Assembly (NCBI GenBank): GCA_904063045.1
Contig: CAJFCJ010000001.1
Span: 3,038,001-3,102,000, forward strand
DNA from: Dimorphilus gyrociliatus
Taxonomy: Eukaryota; Animalia; Annelida
DNA length: 64,000 nt
Reading direction: 5' to 3'
In this document: one piece after another, positions 26,701-41,700 of the stretch
Layout: each line of letters begins with the position of its first letter
How positions within the stretch are numbered: position 1 is the stretch's first letter
Translations under genes and position numbers: made by a program
Notes under the pieces: generated by a model
What the model was told of the DNA's origin: nothing
The model's database searches: none
The model's input: only the letters and a program-made list of their open reading frames with translations

Positions 26701-29700
26701 TGTCCAAGAGGATATTTTTGCGTTGAAGGAGTAGAAAAACCTGCTCCTTGTCCAATTGGCCGATACGGCAACGAATCTAATGCCGACGCTTTAGAGAAAT
26801 GTCCGCTTTGTGATAAGGGATGGTACTGCGATGCTCCAGGTTTGTTACAACCAAGAGCCCCTTGCGATCCCGGTTATTTATGTCACGAAGGCGCCAAAGA
26901 ATCTGGTCCCACAGATGGCGTAACTGGTGAAATTTGTCCAGCTGGAGGATATTGTACCCTTGGTTCTTATGTGGCTAAGAATTGTCCATTGGGTACATAT
27001 TCGAACGTCACTGGTGCTGTGAACGAATATGATTGTTTTGATTGTGATCCTGGATATTACTGTTCTGCAGTATCTGGAGGAGAACCTACTGGATTGTGCT
27101 GGGGAGGATACTATTGTACCGGAAGAGCGAAAACTCCCAGACAAAACTATACTTTGCCAGGTTATTACTCACCAAATGGCTCGGTTGCTCCCAGAGAATG
27201 TGAAATAGGCTCATATCAACCGTACGAGGCTCAGCCCGATTGTATAACATGCGAACCAGGATTCTACTGTCCTGAAAAGAAGATGGATCACAACATTGCT
27301 TGTCCAGCAGGTAAATTCTGTGGAAATGGTAGCTATGTACCTCAAGATTGTCCACCAGGAACGTTTTCAAATAGAACTCATATGACACACGTAGAAAATT
27401 GTACAGATTGTCCACAAGGATACTATTGCCAAGATAGAGGTATAACAGAACCAACAGGAAAATGCAAAGCGGGTCATATATGCTTCCAAAATGCTCTGAA
27501 CGACGACCCTGTCTTCAATGATGATGTGTCTAGTAACAAAACTATTGTTACTTACGGTGATGTTTGCGCACCAGGCCATTATTGTCCAGCTGGAACCGCT
27601 TTGATGATTCCTTGTCCGAGAGGGACTTATAATCCAGACAGGGGAGGTATCTCAGAAGCGTCAGCTTGTAAACCCTGTCCCGCTGGCAGCTACTGTAATG
27701 GAACCGGTCTCTCAGGTGTTTCAGGAGCATGTGATAAGGGATACTATTGTGTAGGCAGAGCTTTTCTACCAAATCCAAATGACAATACTACAGGATTTAT
27801 TTGTCCACAAAATCATTTTTGCGTAGAAGGAAGCCAAGTACCTAAAACATGTCCTCTTGGTTATAGTGCAAATTTTACAGGTTTATCAGAGTGCACATTG
27901 TGCCTAGCCGGGTATTGGTGTTTGCCAGGAGAATACCCAAGATTATGTCCCAAGGGATCTTATTGTCCAGCTAGTACAAATTCCATTCCTCTTACGATAC
28001 CAAAAGCTTGCCCAGAAGGTACGTATGGAGGACGAGATGGCCTAGAGAAGTCAGATGACTGTAGCAGTTGCGATCCTGGACATTATTGTGTAGGAACTGG
28101 ACAAACTAACTCTACAGGATTAATTCAAGCTGGACATTGGTCAACAACAGGCTCAACAACATCAACTCCTGCTGAAGATGACTCTGTAATTAGAGGATTA
28201 TGTCCAAAAGGTTACTACTGTCCAGAAGGTAGTAGTAGACCAGTTTCTTGTCCATCAGGTACTTTTGGTTTTGGATGGATGTATAAGACTGTCGACGATT
28301 GTAATCCTTGCGAAGGCGGTAAATACTGTCCCGAAACGAATATGACAACAAGCGGTCCAGACTGTTATGCTGGTCATTATTGCTCATCTAAATCACCAGT
28401 TCCTGATCCTGTTAATCAAACATATGGTAGCGAATGTCCAACAGGTTTCTTCTGTCCTCTTGGCTCAGCGACACCTGAGCCTTGTCCAGCTGGAAAATTC
28501 CAAAATGAAACGAGACAGAGCGTGTGTAAAGATTGTCCTCAAGGATTTTATTGCCCGTTAAATACAAGCAATCCATTCTCTTGTCCCTCTGGTTACTGGT
28601 GCATTGCCAATCAACAAGAAGCATTTTTAAATCCATGTCCAATCGGAACCTACAACAATCTTACAGAAAGGCGAACAGTTGCAACATGTCGATCATGTCT
28701 TCCGGGTCATTATTGTGCCATTCCAGGTTTAAGTGAACCTACTGATGAATGTGATCCTGGATGGTATTGTCTAACTCGATCAACTGCAGCTCAACCAGCT
28801 GTCGCCGCTGAAGGAGGAAGATGTACTGCTGGTAATTTCTGTCCAAAGGGAAGCTCACAACAAATACCTTGCACTCCTGGAATGTATTGTAATAATGCAG
28901 AATTAGCAGAACCAGCTGGTAATTGTTCGGCCGGCTACTATTGCTCTGCCGCATCGACAACACCAACTCCAACAGATGGTGTTATGGGTAATTTGTGCCC
29001 AAAAGGATTCTATTGTCCCAGTGGTAGCGAAAGTGGTATAGGATGTCCACCTGGTTCAATGCTTAACGTTACTGGAGGCAAATCAATAGATGAGTGTTTT
29101 AACTGTACTAAAGGATATTATTGCAGTGGTTATGGAAATGATGATCCAACAGGACCTTGTGATCCTGGTTATTATTGTCCAACAGGAATATCTCTTCAAA
29201 ATCCATCTGAATACATTTGCCCTATTGGTCACTTTTGCGTAGGGAATAATCACGAACCAGTAAGATGTGTTTCAGGAACTTACCAAGATCAAACAGGACA
29301 AAGCCAATGTAAAGAGTGTCCGAAAGGATTCTTCTGTGATAACACAATTGCGCCAGTCGTTCTCTTCAGTAGTTCAAAATGTCCAGAAGGTCATTACTGT
29401 CCACCTGGTACGAAACATTCAACGGAATTTAGATGTCCATCTGGAACATATAGCAATTTCACCGGATTAGAAAATGTAACAGACTGTCTTCCATGTCCAG
29501 GAGGTTTCTACTGCGATGCTGAAGCCCAGATATCATATTCCAAAATTTGCCAAGAAGGGTATTTATTACAATGTTACGGTTTTACTTGTTTTAATTTTTA
29601 ACTCTACGGAATTTTATTTTTAGATACTTCTGCAAACAATACGCCAAAACAGCTACACCAACCCAAAATACAGATGCAAACGTATGCCCTATAGGTCATT

Positions 29701-32700
29701 TCTGTCCTTCAGGCACAAGTCAACCAAAGAAATGCCCTATCGGAACTTTTTCGAGTGCAACCCTTTTAACCAAAGAATTAGACTGTCTTAATTGTACAGC
29801 TGTACGTTAAAATTGTCTATTATCTAAAGTTCATTTCTAATTTTGATAATTCTTTGCAGGGATACTACTGTGCTGATTTAGGTAGAACAGAACCAAATGA
29901 TCCTTGTTCAGCAGGATACTATTGTCCTGTGGGATCGAGTAGTCCCACGCAAATTGATTGTCCCATGGGATACTATTGCGTTAATGGCAGTGCAGATCCA
30001 ACAAAGTGCCCTATAGGAACTTTCTCAAACAGAACGATTGTTAAGGCTAAAGACGACTGCCTTAAATGTCTTGGTGGATGGTATTGCGACACTGAAGGAT
30101 TGATCACACCAACAGGTCTTTGCAGTGAAGGATATTTCTGTCCTGAAGGATCAAGTTCAAGACAACCAGCTGCTACTCCATGCCCAGTTGGAAATTATTG
30201 CCCAGAAGGATCAGCAGCTCCATTACCTTGTCGAAACAATACCCACGTCAATCATACACATGCAGTACAGTGCTATAATTGTCCTGCTGGTTTCTATTGT
30301 GTTAAACAAGGGTCCTCTGAAATATGTCCAAAAGGCTACTATTGTCCAGCTGGCACTGGCTTAGACTGGAAAGCCTGTCCAAGAGGATCATATAGTGATG
30401 TTGAAGGATTATATGAAAGATCTCAATGCAAACAGTGCCCGCCCGGAAAATACTGTGACGGAGAACATCTCGCGACACCATCAGGAGATTGTGGTGAGGG
30501 GCACTTTTGTACTTATGGAGTAGATCAGAAATACCCAACGGGAATAAATCAAACTGGACCATTTAATAATACTTGCTATGACGACAGAGAAATTGGATCA
30601 GGAGGAATATGTCCAGTCGGCCATTACTGTAGTCAAGGTAGTTTTGAACCCACGCCTTGTGCCAACGGAACCTACGCCAATAAACCAGGTTCTGCTTCAT
30701 GCAACATATGTCCTCAAGGTTATTGGTGTCCACTTGGCAGTGTCAACTTTACAGATTATCCATGTCCTAAAGGATACTATTGCCCAGTTGGAACCAAGTG
30801 GATCAATGATAATCCATGCCCAGCAGGAACGTTTAATAATAGGACAATGAGATTCAAATTAGATCATTGTTTAGCTTGTCCAGGAGGAGAATATTGTAAG
30901 GACGAAGCATTGTCTGAAACATCAGGACTCTGTGATGCAGGATATTATTGTAATATAAACTCAACCACAGCTACACCGTCAGGAGGTTATATGGGAGATA
31001 TTTGTAAAGCCGGGTACTACTGTCCAGCAGGATCTGATCATCCTTATCCTTGCAAGCCTGGACACTTCTGTTCAGGTGACGGACTTAATTATACTTCTGG
31101 CCTATGCTCACCTGGTTACTTCTGTACAATTAAAGCAACAATTGCTAATCCAACCGATGGTAACATAACTGGAGATATATGTCCAACGGGTGCGTACTGT
31201 CCTCAAGGAAGTTATGCTCCTCTACTCTGTCAAGTTGGCACATACTTGAATGGAACTGGAAATGATGAAGCAGCCGATTGCCTGCCCTGCACACCAGGAT
31301 CTTTCTGTCGTGGAAGCGGTAAGTATTAAAAAATTCATACTAGAATAGATAAAAGACTAATTTAATTAATATGAACAGGTAATGCTATACCAGACGGACC
31401 TTGTGCTGCTGGTTGGTATTGTCCTCCAAGCCAGAGTGATCCTAGACCTGTAGGATATAATTGTACTTTGGGACATTATTGTCCTGAAGGAAGTGCCCAA
31501 CCAGTCAGATGCTCAAGTGGAAAATATCAAGATGAACTTGGATCAACAACATGTAAAACATGCCCGGCTGGTTATTACTGCGATTCAACTTTCGACCCAG
31601 TGGTACTCTACAACAGCTCTTATTGTCCTAAAGGTAAGGTTATATAAAAATATAGTTACCGAAATATCAATTTTTCTTCACATATCAGGCTACTACTGCC
31701 CAATTGAAACTAAGTATGCAAAGGAATTCCCGTGTCCTATATCTACTTTCTTGAATGTTACTCACAAAACAAGTGAAAGTGATTGCTTCCCTTGTAGAGG
31801 AGGATACTACTGTGATCAAACGGGACTTGCGGAGCCGACTGGACCATGTGACGCAGGTTATTACTGTCACCATAGCTCAAACAGCTCTTCGCCAAATCTA
31901 GGAGAACTCGGAGACGAATGTCCACCTGGTTTCTATTGTCCGGAAAATTCGGTTGCTCCTCAAGCTTGTCCACCAGGGACATACAGTTCAGCTATGAAAT
32001 TGAAATCCATTTTAGAATGTACCAACTGTACTGGTGGTAAATACTGCTCTAAATGGAACATGACAGTCATAGAAGGAGATTGTCAAGCCGGCTATTATTG
32101 TCCTAGTGGAGCTGATAAAGCAGACTTTATAAGTTGTCCGGCAGGATCATACTGTCCAACAGGAAGCATAAATCCAACATTCTGCCCAAGAGGAACATAT
32201 TCAAACTCTTTAACTCTAACTGCAGTAGAATTATGTAACAACTGTACAACTGGTTTCTACTGTCCACAAGAGGGACAGACTGATGCAACTCTCACTTGCT
32301 GGGGAGGATTTTATTGTCCTCCTGGTCAATTTGATCCTAATCCAGCAGAGTTCATATGTCCTGTTGGTCTTCATTGTCCAAATGGAAGTAGCACTTACAA
32401 GCAATGCCTACCAGGATACTTTACAAATAGCACTGGAAATAGTGAATGTCAAATATGTCCAGCTGGCTACTACTGCTTACCAGTTCTTCCACAAAATGCT
32501 TCTCTCAATGCTCAGTTGTGTCCAAAAGGCTATTATTGCCCTGAAGGAACGGAACTGAACTGGAACAGCTGTCCAAGAGGTACATTCAGCAATGTTGAAG
32601 GTCTAAAAACGGTTACTGAGTGTACTCCTTGCACCGGAGGAAAGTACTGTGACGGTATCCATCTTGTCGATGTAAGTGGCGATTGCAAAGCTGGTCACTA

Positions 32701-35700
32701 CTGTGAATCTGGTTTAGATAGATTAAATCCAATCATTAATAATAATTCAGGAATAGCAACAGATTGTCCAACAAACGCATTCTATACTGGCATAGGAGGA
32801 TTATGTCCAAAGGGACATTATTGTCCAACCGCATCAGACAAACCTCTGCCATGTGAACCGGGTACTTATGCTGATAATGAAGGACAAGCTTTGTGTACGT
32901 TATGTCCTGAAGGATACTACTGTTTGGCCAACTCAACAGATTTTGTAAATAACCGCTGTCCAGCTGGCTATTATTGCAAGAATGGAACAAAACATGCCTT
33001 CGAATTTCCCTGTCCAGCTGGAACATATAATCCTTCCGAGTTAGGAACTTCAGAAAATAATTGTCTAGAATGTACAGGAGGATTGTATTGTCAAGGAACT
33101 GGAAATCCACAACCAACTGGAAACTGTAGCGCAGGCTGGTATTGCACAAAAGGTTCTGACGATCCAAAAACAACTACCAAAGGAGGAAAGTGTCAACCAG
33201 GATATTATTGTCCGCTTGGTTCTAAGAGTCCTAGTCCATGTCCCCCTGGTGAATACTGCGAAACTGAAGAGCTAGCTGCACCAACAGGTAATTGTAGTGC
33301 AGGTTATTATTGTACTGGAGCCAGTGAAAAGAGAGATCCTGTAAACGAAAGTTATGGAAACAAATGCCCAGCAGGATTCTACTGTCTTGAAAAATCTGAA
33401 GTCCCTACTCCCTGTTCTCCTGGGACATATAGTCCAACTGAGGGAAATACACTTGAAGCTGACTGTCAACCTTGTTCTTTTGGAGATTATTGTCAAGGAT
33501 ATAATCTAACTCAAACAAGTGGAAATTGCACAAGAGGATATTACTGTCCTCAAGGACAACAAGTAAATAACCCTTTCATATGTACAGTAGGTCACTACTG
33601 TCCAGAAAGTTCTGCTAACCCAATCTTATGTCCAAGTGGGTATTATCAAGATCAGACGGGACAGTGGACATGCAAACTATGTCCATCAGGATACTATTGT
33701 GACAATTCAACAGGCGTTGTTGTGATTAATGACAATATCAAATGTCCGAAAGGTTATTATTGTCCTCCTGGTACAAGACACTCTCAGCAATGGCCTTGTC
33801 CTGTTGGAACATTCGGTAACTTAACAGCTTTTAACTCAAGTATGGATTGTACTCCTTGTTCACCTGGAAAGTATTGTAGTAGCGTTGGACTAACAGAACC
33901 AACTGATTTCTGCGCTGAAGGATATTATTGTAGACTCTACGCTGAAACTTCAACACCGAACCAAGCAAGCAATGCCAATATATGTCCACAGGGATCCTAC
34001 TGTCCAAAAGGCAGTGAACAACCCATACCCTGCATACCAGGTACTTACGGAGCATCAACAGGTTTAGCAAACGTGACTGGCTGTACGCAATGTACCCCTG
34101 GAAAGTATTGTGAATCAAGTGGACTATTGGCTGTTGAAGGTGATTGTCACCAAGGTTACTATTGTCCTCTAGGTTCTAAATTGAGACGAGAAATAATTTG
34201 CCCAGTTGGTCATTATTGTCCTACTGGTTCGGCAACTCCTGAAAGATGTCCATTGGCTACTTTCAATCCATACCTTGGCTTAAATAGCTCAGATCAATGT
34301 ACCAGTTGTACTGCTGGAGATTATTGTGGCACGCAAGGATTAAATGCAACAACAGGACCTTGCGAAAGTGGTTATTATTGTCCTACCGGTCAGCAATCGT
34401 CTAAAGCTATTGTTTGTCCAGTAAGACATTACTGTCCGATTCAATCGTCCATCCCACTACCATGTCAGAATGGAACTTACATGAATCATACTCAAGCTGC
34501 GGTATGCGACATTTGCCCTGCAGGATTTTACTGCTTGGGTGGAGAATTGACTGATCGATGTCCGGAAGGTTACTATTGTCCAGAAGCCACTGGCAATAAC
34601 TGGCAATCTTGTCCACTAGGAACCTATAACAACGATACAGGTTTGAAAATGATAAGTGAATGTAAACCATGTCCAGGCGGTCAATACTGCAACGATTATC
34701 CTCCTGTGAATCCCAGTGGTTTGTGTGCACCAGGCTACTTCTGTGAATATGGAGAAGATAGATCAAAACCAACAGGTGGAAATATAACTTACGGTATAAA
34801 CGGAAGCTGCCTACTATCTGGAATAGAAACAGGCAAAGGAGGAATATGTACACCAGGTCATTATTGTCCCGAAGGAACAATAGTTCCACTACCATGCGGA
34901 GCTGGTACTTATAGTAACAGAACTGGACTTCATCAATGTCTACAGTGTCCTGCCGGCTACTATTGCGAAGCAGGTAATTATATCGCAAAGTTTCTACCAA
35001 ATCAATTTTAAATGACATAAATAATTTCCTCAGAGGCTGAAACTTATCTCGATACACCATGCCCAACTGGAAGGTACTGTCCACCTGGAACTAAAATGGC
35101 CAATGAATTCTTATGTCCAAGTAAGTTGCTATTATCAAAGTTATACTAATCTATTCTAATGTCCACATTTCAACAAATTAGTCGGTACCTTTTATAATCA
35201 AACGCATGGCAAAGAATTATCTGATTGTCTTGCTTGTACCCCTGGAATGTATTGCGAAACTACTGGCCTTCCAGCTCCAACTGGAAAATGTGCTCCAGGT
35301 AACAACTTATAAAGCTTATAATGAATAGCTTTTGTATAATTTTAAATTTCTTCCTGATAGGCTGGTACTGTACAATCAATGCTACACAAAGAATGGAAAC
35401 TGTACAAGGAGGCCAGTGTCAACCAGGATTCTATTGTCCTGAAGGAACCCATAAACCTCTGGATTGCGATCCTGGAACATACTGTGAAACTGCTGGTCTT
35501 GATTCACCAACTGCTAATTGTTCAGCAGGATATTACTGTACTCTGAGAGCAATTATTCAAAATCCAACAGATGCTACCACAGGAGATATATGCCCTGTTG
35601 GACACTTCTGTCCGATAGGATCTTCAGTTGCCACCCCATGTCCAACAGGAACATTCTTGAATGCTACTGGACAGGTAAAATTTTAATTAATCGTTAAGTG

Positions 35701-38700
35701 CCATCTAATAATTTCATTTATATTACTTTCTTCAAAGGATGATGTCGGTGATTGTGTAGATTGTACTTTAGGAAAATACTGCCCTGGTACTGGTCGTCAA
35801 CTACCAATGGATGACTGCGATCAAGGTTTCTACTGTCCTGGAAAACAAAATGTTTCCTCTCCACAAAGCTATATTTGTCCTGTTGGACATTATTGCCCAA
35901 GAGGTTCACCTGAACCAATTCGATGTCAGAACGGAACATATGAAGACAGATTTGGATCTTGGATGTGCAAGATTTGTCCTACTGGCTACTTCTGTGATAA
36001 CACAATGAATATTGTTATTTTAGATAATACAACCACAATATGTCCAATGGGAAGTTACTGCCCGGACGGAACGAGTTATAAAAATGAATTCTTGTGCCCA
36101 ATTGGCACATTTAACAATAGAACAGGATTAAGAGAAGAATCCGCCTGTACCCCATGTATTGGCGGCTACTATTGTCCAACGCCTGGAATGGTGACAGTAA
36201 CAGATCTTTGTGATGCAGGATATTTCTGTAAACAAGGAGCCAGAATCTCCGCTCCCAATCAAGGTTTAGATGCTAACATCTGTCCAGTAGGATTCTATTG
36301 TCCTCAAGGAACTGCTGACCCTGAACCATGTCCCAAGGGAACTTATAATAATAGAACAGGTTTACAGAAACTCCAAGACTGCATCGACTGTCCATCGGGA
36401 GAATATTGTCAAGAAATTTCCATGATACAAACCAGCGGATTGTGCTCGGCAGGTTATTATTGCGAAATCAATTCAAACAGTTCTCACAGAACAATATGCC
36501 CTGCCGGTTATTATTGTCCGGAAGGTAGTCCATCTCCAACTGCCTGTCCTAGAGGAACATTTTCTACTAGTTTAGGACTTGCAAATAGTAGTCAGTGTAC
36601 TCCTTGTATTCCTGGCTCTTATTGTAACGGTACAGGCTTAAACGGACCAACATCTATCTGTGATGAAGGATATTACTGTCCAGGCGGTAACTCTGAGCCA
36701 AACCCTATTGCTACACCATGTCCAATCGGTTTACATTGTCCTTCTGGATCATCAACACCCGTGCCATGCCTACCAGGAACATTTGCTAACTTCTCCCAAG
36801 CAGCTAGCTGTGCTGAATGTCCAGGTGGATTTTATTGCGTTCCCGAAGAAGTTATTCAAGGAAATTCATCAAGCGGTCATCGGCTGTGTCCGAGAGGATT
36901 TTATTGTCCCGCTGGAACTGGAAGAAACTGGACTGCTTGTCCACCTGGAACTTTCTCCAATGAGCTCGGATTAGAAGATGTGGGTCAATGTACACAATGC
37001 ACAGGAGGATTCTATTGTGATACAACCAACTTAACTTCTCCAACTGGACCTTGCTCTCCTGGTTACTACTGCACTTCAGGAGTTAATGTTCCAACGCCAT
37101 CTACTGGTCACCTGGGCATAGGAGGCGAATGCCCGACTGGTAATCAATGTCCTGGTACGACAGTTGTTCCAGAAAATTGTCAAGCTGGATATTATCAAGA
37201 CATTACAACGCAAAGTTCATGCAAGATTTGTCCAGAAGGTTATTTCTGTGTTGCCAACTCTACAACTTATACTCATCAAATTTGTCCTTCTGGTTATTAT
37301 TGTCCAACTGGTACAAGATTTAACATTCAATATCCATGCCCTCCTGGTACTTTCAATAACTTAACTGGCCAAAACAACGAAAGCGCTTGTTCACCATGCA
37401 CACCTGGACACTATTGCGAAAATAACGGACAGTCGGAGGTTACTGGAAAGTGCCATGCTGGATTTTATTGCACTATAAGATCTCATCTAGCAGAACCTTC
37501 ACTATCTAGTATAGGTGGCCGATGCTCTGCAGGAGAGTACTGTCCAATCGGTAGTTCAGCTCCAATTGGCTGTGATCCTGGTAAATATTGCGATGTAGCT
37601 CAAATGGAAGCACCCAGAGGACCTTGCTCACCTGGATATTATTGTATTGCTAATTCGACAACATCACAACCGACAGGCGTTAATGGCGATCAATGCTCAC
37701 CGGGCAATTATTGTCCAGAGGGCAGCTTTATGGAAACTCCATGTGATCCTGGCTTCTATTTGCCAAGTTCTGGAGCGTGGAATATTTCTTTCTGCATAAA
37801 ATGTACATCTGGAAAATTCTGTAATGAAAGTGGATTAGCAGCTCCAAAAGCAGATTGCAATAGAGGTTTCTTTTGCCCCGAAGAACAAAAAGTCAAAAAT
37901 CCGAGTTCTTATCCATGCCCGAAAGGATATTATTGTCCAACCGGGTCTTCCACTCCAGTTATCTGTCCATCAGGATACTATCAAGATGAGGAAAATCAAT
38001 GGACTTGTAAAGATTGCCCCGCAGGATATTTCTGTGACAACTCCTTGGAACCGGTGGTCAACTACACCGCATACGAATGTCCAAGAGGATTCTACTGTCC
38101 AGCAAATACAAACTCTTCCAACGAATATCCTTGCCCTGAAGGTACTTTTAATAATATAACAACTCTAGGATCTGAAAGCGAATGTCTACCTTGTATTGGC
38201 GGTTTCTATTGTCCTGGTGGAGCTATAACTTATCCATCAACTCCATGTAGTCACGGCTATTTCTGTAAGAGTGGAGCGAAAACATCAACACCAACAGAGG
38301 GATTAAATGCCAATATTTGTCCTGTAGGACATTACTGTCCCGAACAGACCGCTGAACCGATTAAATGTCCCGTTGGAACAATGAGTAATGCAGCTGGAAA
38401 TAAGAACGTAACAGACTGCCAACCATGCACCAAAGGTTATTACTGCGAAGAACTTGGACAAACAGTAGTCACTGGCCCATGCTTACCAGGACATTATTGT
38501 CTAGAAGCATCAACCGTTAACAACTCAATTATCTGTCCAATAGGAAAATATTGCCCAATAGCGACTCATACTCCAATCAACTGTCCAAACGGAACTTGGT
38601 CTAACGTTACAAATCTTGAGGCTGAAAGCGATTGTACTCCATGTCCAGCCGGTTATTATTGTCAAGCAAACGGTCTAATCGAGCCAGAAGGTCTTTGCCA

Positions 38701-41700
38701 ACAGGGATATTATTGTCCAATCGGTTCTAATGTTCCCAACCCAATCACATGTCCAATTGGTTTGCACTGTCCTGTAGGATCTCCTGAGCCAAGGTCTTGT
38801 TTGTCTGGTTATTATACAAATACAACTGGTATGAGTGTTTGTTTGGATTGCCCCCCAGGATTTTACTGTTTACCAGAAAACGTTACAGCCACAAACCCAG
38901 TTCCTGGATATCATGATTGCCCAATGGGCTACTACTGCCCGAATACCACTGGCTTAAATTGGATGCCATGTCCAAAAGGAACTTTCTCTAGACAAACAAA
39001 CCTCTTTAGGGTTGAGCAATGTCAAGATTGTGCACCTGGAGTTTACTGCGACAAGGAAGCAGCTGTTAACTACACAGGCCAATGCTCTCCTGGCCACTAT
39101 TGTGAAGGTGGAGTTGATAGACCTAACCCAAATAATGCTGAAGTAAATAGCACTTATCCTGCTTCATGTCCTCTCCTAGGAGGTCACACTGGTGTTGGTG
39201 ATGTTTGTCCTAAGGGTTTCCATTGTCCTTTGGGCAGTGCCCTTCCTACACCCTGTCCAAGTGGGTACTATCAAGATGAAGAAGGCAAGGCAACGTGTAA
39301 AAACTGCCCTCAAGGATATTATTGTACAGTCAACAGCACAGACTTTTCCGATAAAATATGTCCATCAGGTCATTTCTGCCCTCTGAACACTAATAGTGCC
39401 TTCGAGTTCCCTTGCCCTGAAGGAACTTTCAATAGCCTAGAAAATCAAAAAAACATATCAGCCTGCAAAAATTGTACTCAAGGAAATTACTGTATGGGAA
39501 CAGGATTAAGTGCACCTACAGCAAATTGCAGTGAAGGCTGGTACTGCAGAGAAAGATCGACGAAACCAATGCCAGTAGATGCAGATGAAGGAGGTGAATG
39601 TCCAACAGGTACATTCTGTCCTGGAGGATCATATGTACCAACACCCTGTACTCCTGGAAATTACTGTCATATTGCAGGACTTCACGAACCTTCAGGTCCA
39701 TGTACACAAGGATATTATTGTACCTTGGGAGCATCTTTACCCAATCCAACAGATAATATCACAGGAAATATTTGTCCAATGGGCCATTATTGTAATATTG
39801 GATCCCCAGCACCAGCTCCATGTGAAATCGGATACTATTTAGACAGTACAGGAAATGATGTCGTTAGTGATTGTAAGATCTGTACTGAAGGCAAATATTG
39901 CGGAAGTGATGGTCTGTCAAACCCGACTGGAAATTGCTCCAGAGGTTTTTACTGTCCACCTGGTCAAAAAGTTAATACACCAGGTAACTACACCTGCCCA
40001 GAAGGGCATTACTGTTTAGAGGGAGTTTCTGAACCTTCTCCTTGTGCCAGTGGATATTATCAGGTAGGAAAGTAGGTTAGTCCTCATATAAGCATTACCC
40101 TTTAATTTTTTTAAAGGATCAACCAGGAAAATGGGATTGTAAAGATTGCCCACCAGGATTCTACTGCAACGCAACACTAGGTCCAGTTGTTTTTTATGGA
40201 GCATACCAGTGTCCAGAAGGTTTCTATTGTCCAAGCAGAACCGAATATGACAAGCAATACCCTTGTCCATATGGAACATTTAACAACAGAACAGGTAATA
40301 ATATAGACAAGAAAGTGCTTGATTAATGTTGTATTATTAACCAAAATTTTTTCATAGGCCTAAGTCAAAAGAGTCAATGTACACCATGTATTGGAGGATA
40401 TTCTTGCGACGAAGAAGGCATGGCATATCCTGAAAGACTCTGCTCATCTGCTTACTACTGTAGAACTGGCTCCAACTCAACAACACCAAATATGGGCTCT
40501 ACTGCAGACTTATGTCCAGCCGGTTCTTACTGTATTGAAGGAACTGATGCTCCAGTACCCTGTCCCGAGGGAACTTATAGTCCTAATGAAGGGTTACACT
40601 CAGAGAATGAATGCTTAAACTGTACTGGAGGTTATTTCTGCAATTCAACTGGTTTAACAATGGTCAGTGGCAAATGTGAAAGTGGATTTTATTGTACCGA
40701 AAGAGCTCACCTATCAACTCAAGAGCTATGCCCAATGGGCTCCTATTGTCCCCTTGGATCTCAATATCCAACCGACTGTCCCAATGGTACATATAGTAAT
40801 GCAACTGGATTGAAATCACAAGTCCAATGTACAGATTGTACCGAAGGTTATTATTGCAATGGAGTTGGTCTTGTTACTCCAAGTGGACTTTGCAAGCCTG
40901 GATACTACTGCCCTACAGGATCAGAAGTTGAGACACAAATAATATGTCCAATTGGAATGCATTGTCCTGAAGGAAGTTCAGAGCCAAAGAAATGTCTACC
41001 TGGATCATATACCGACTATAAAGGAGCAGCTACCTGCATAGAATGCCCCGAAGGATATTATTGTATTCCTGAGTTAGTTATTGCAGCTAATCTGGCATCA
41101 GTCAAACATCCTTGCCCAGAAGGCTTTTATTGTCCTAATGGAACAAGTTATAATTGGAAACCATGTCCAAGTGGAACATATAGTAATGTACAACTTCTAA
41201 GGAACGCTAAAGAATGCACACCATGCGATGCTGGCTACTATTGTGGTGGAACCAACCTTACTCAGCCAACGGATAAATGTTCAGCTGGCTACTACTGCGT
41301 TTCTGGCATAGATAGACCAAACCCAAGAATGCTAAATGAAAGCCATTGTCCAGAAGGAACTGCACATCCCATGATAGGCCATATTTGTCCAACTGGTCAC
41401 CGCTGTCCAATTGGATCAATTACACCTTTGGGTTGTGCACCAGGAAAATATCAAGTAAATTTTCTTGTTATAAATATACTTTTAAGTGCTAATTAATTAT
41501 AATACTATACAGAATTTGGAAGGACAAGATACCTGTTTAGACTGCCCGAAGGGTTATTACTGTTTGGCTAACACATCGCATTACCTAAATAATTCATGTC
41601 CATCGGGTAAGAAGATAAGATTAAAACATTTGGTTATTTTACCATTTTCTGCTACAAATTATATTAATTTTTTTTAGGTCACTACTGTCCCCTTAATACA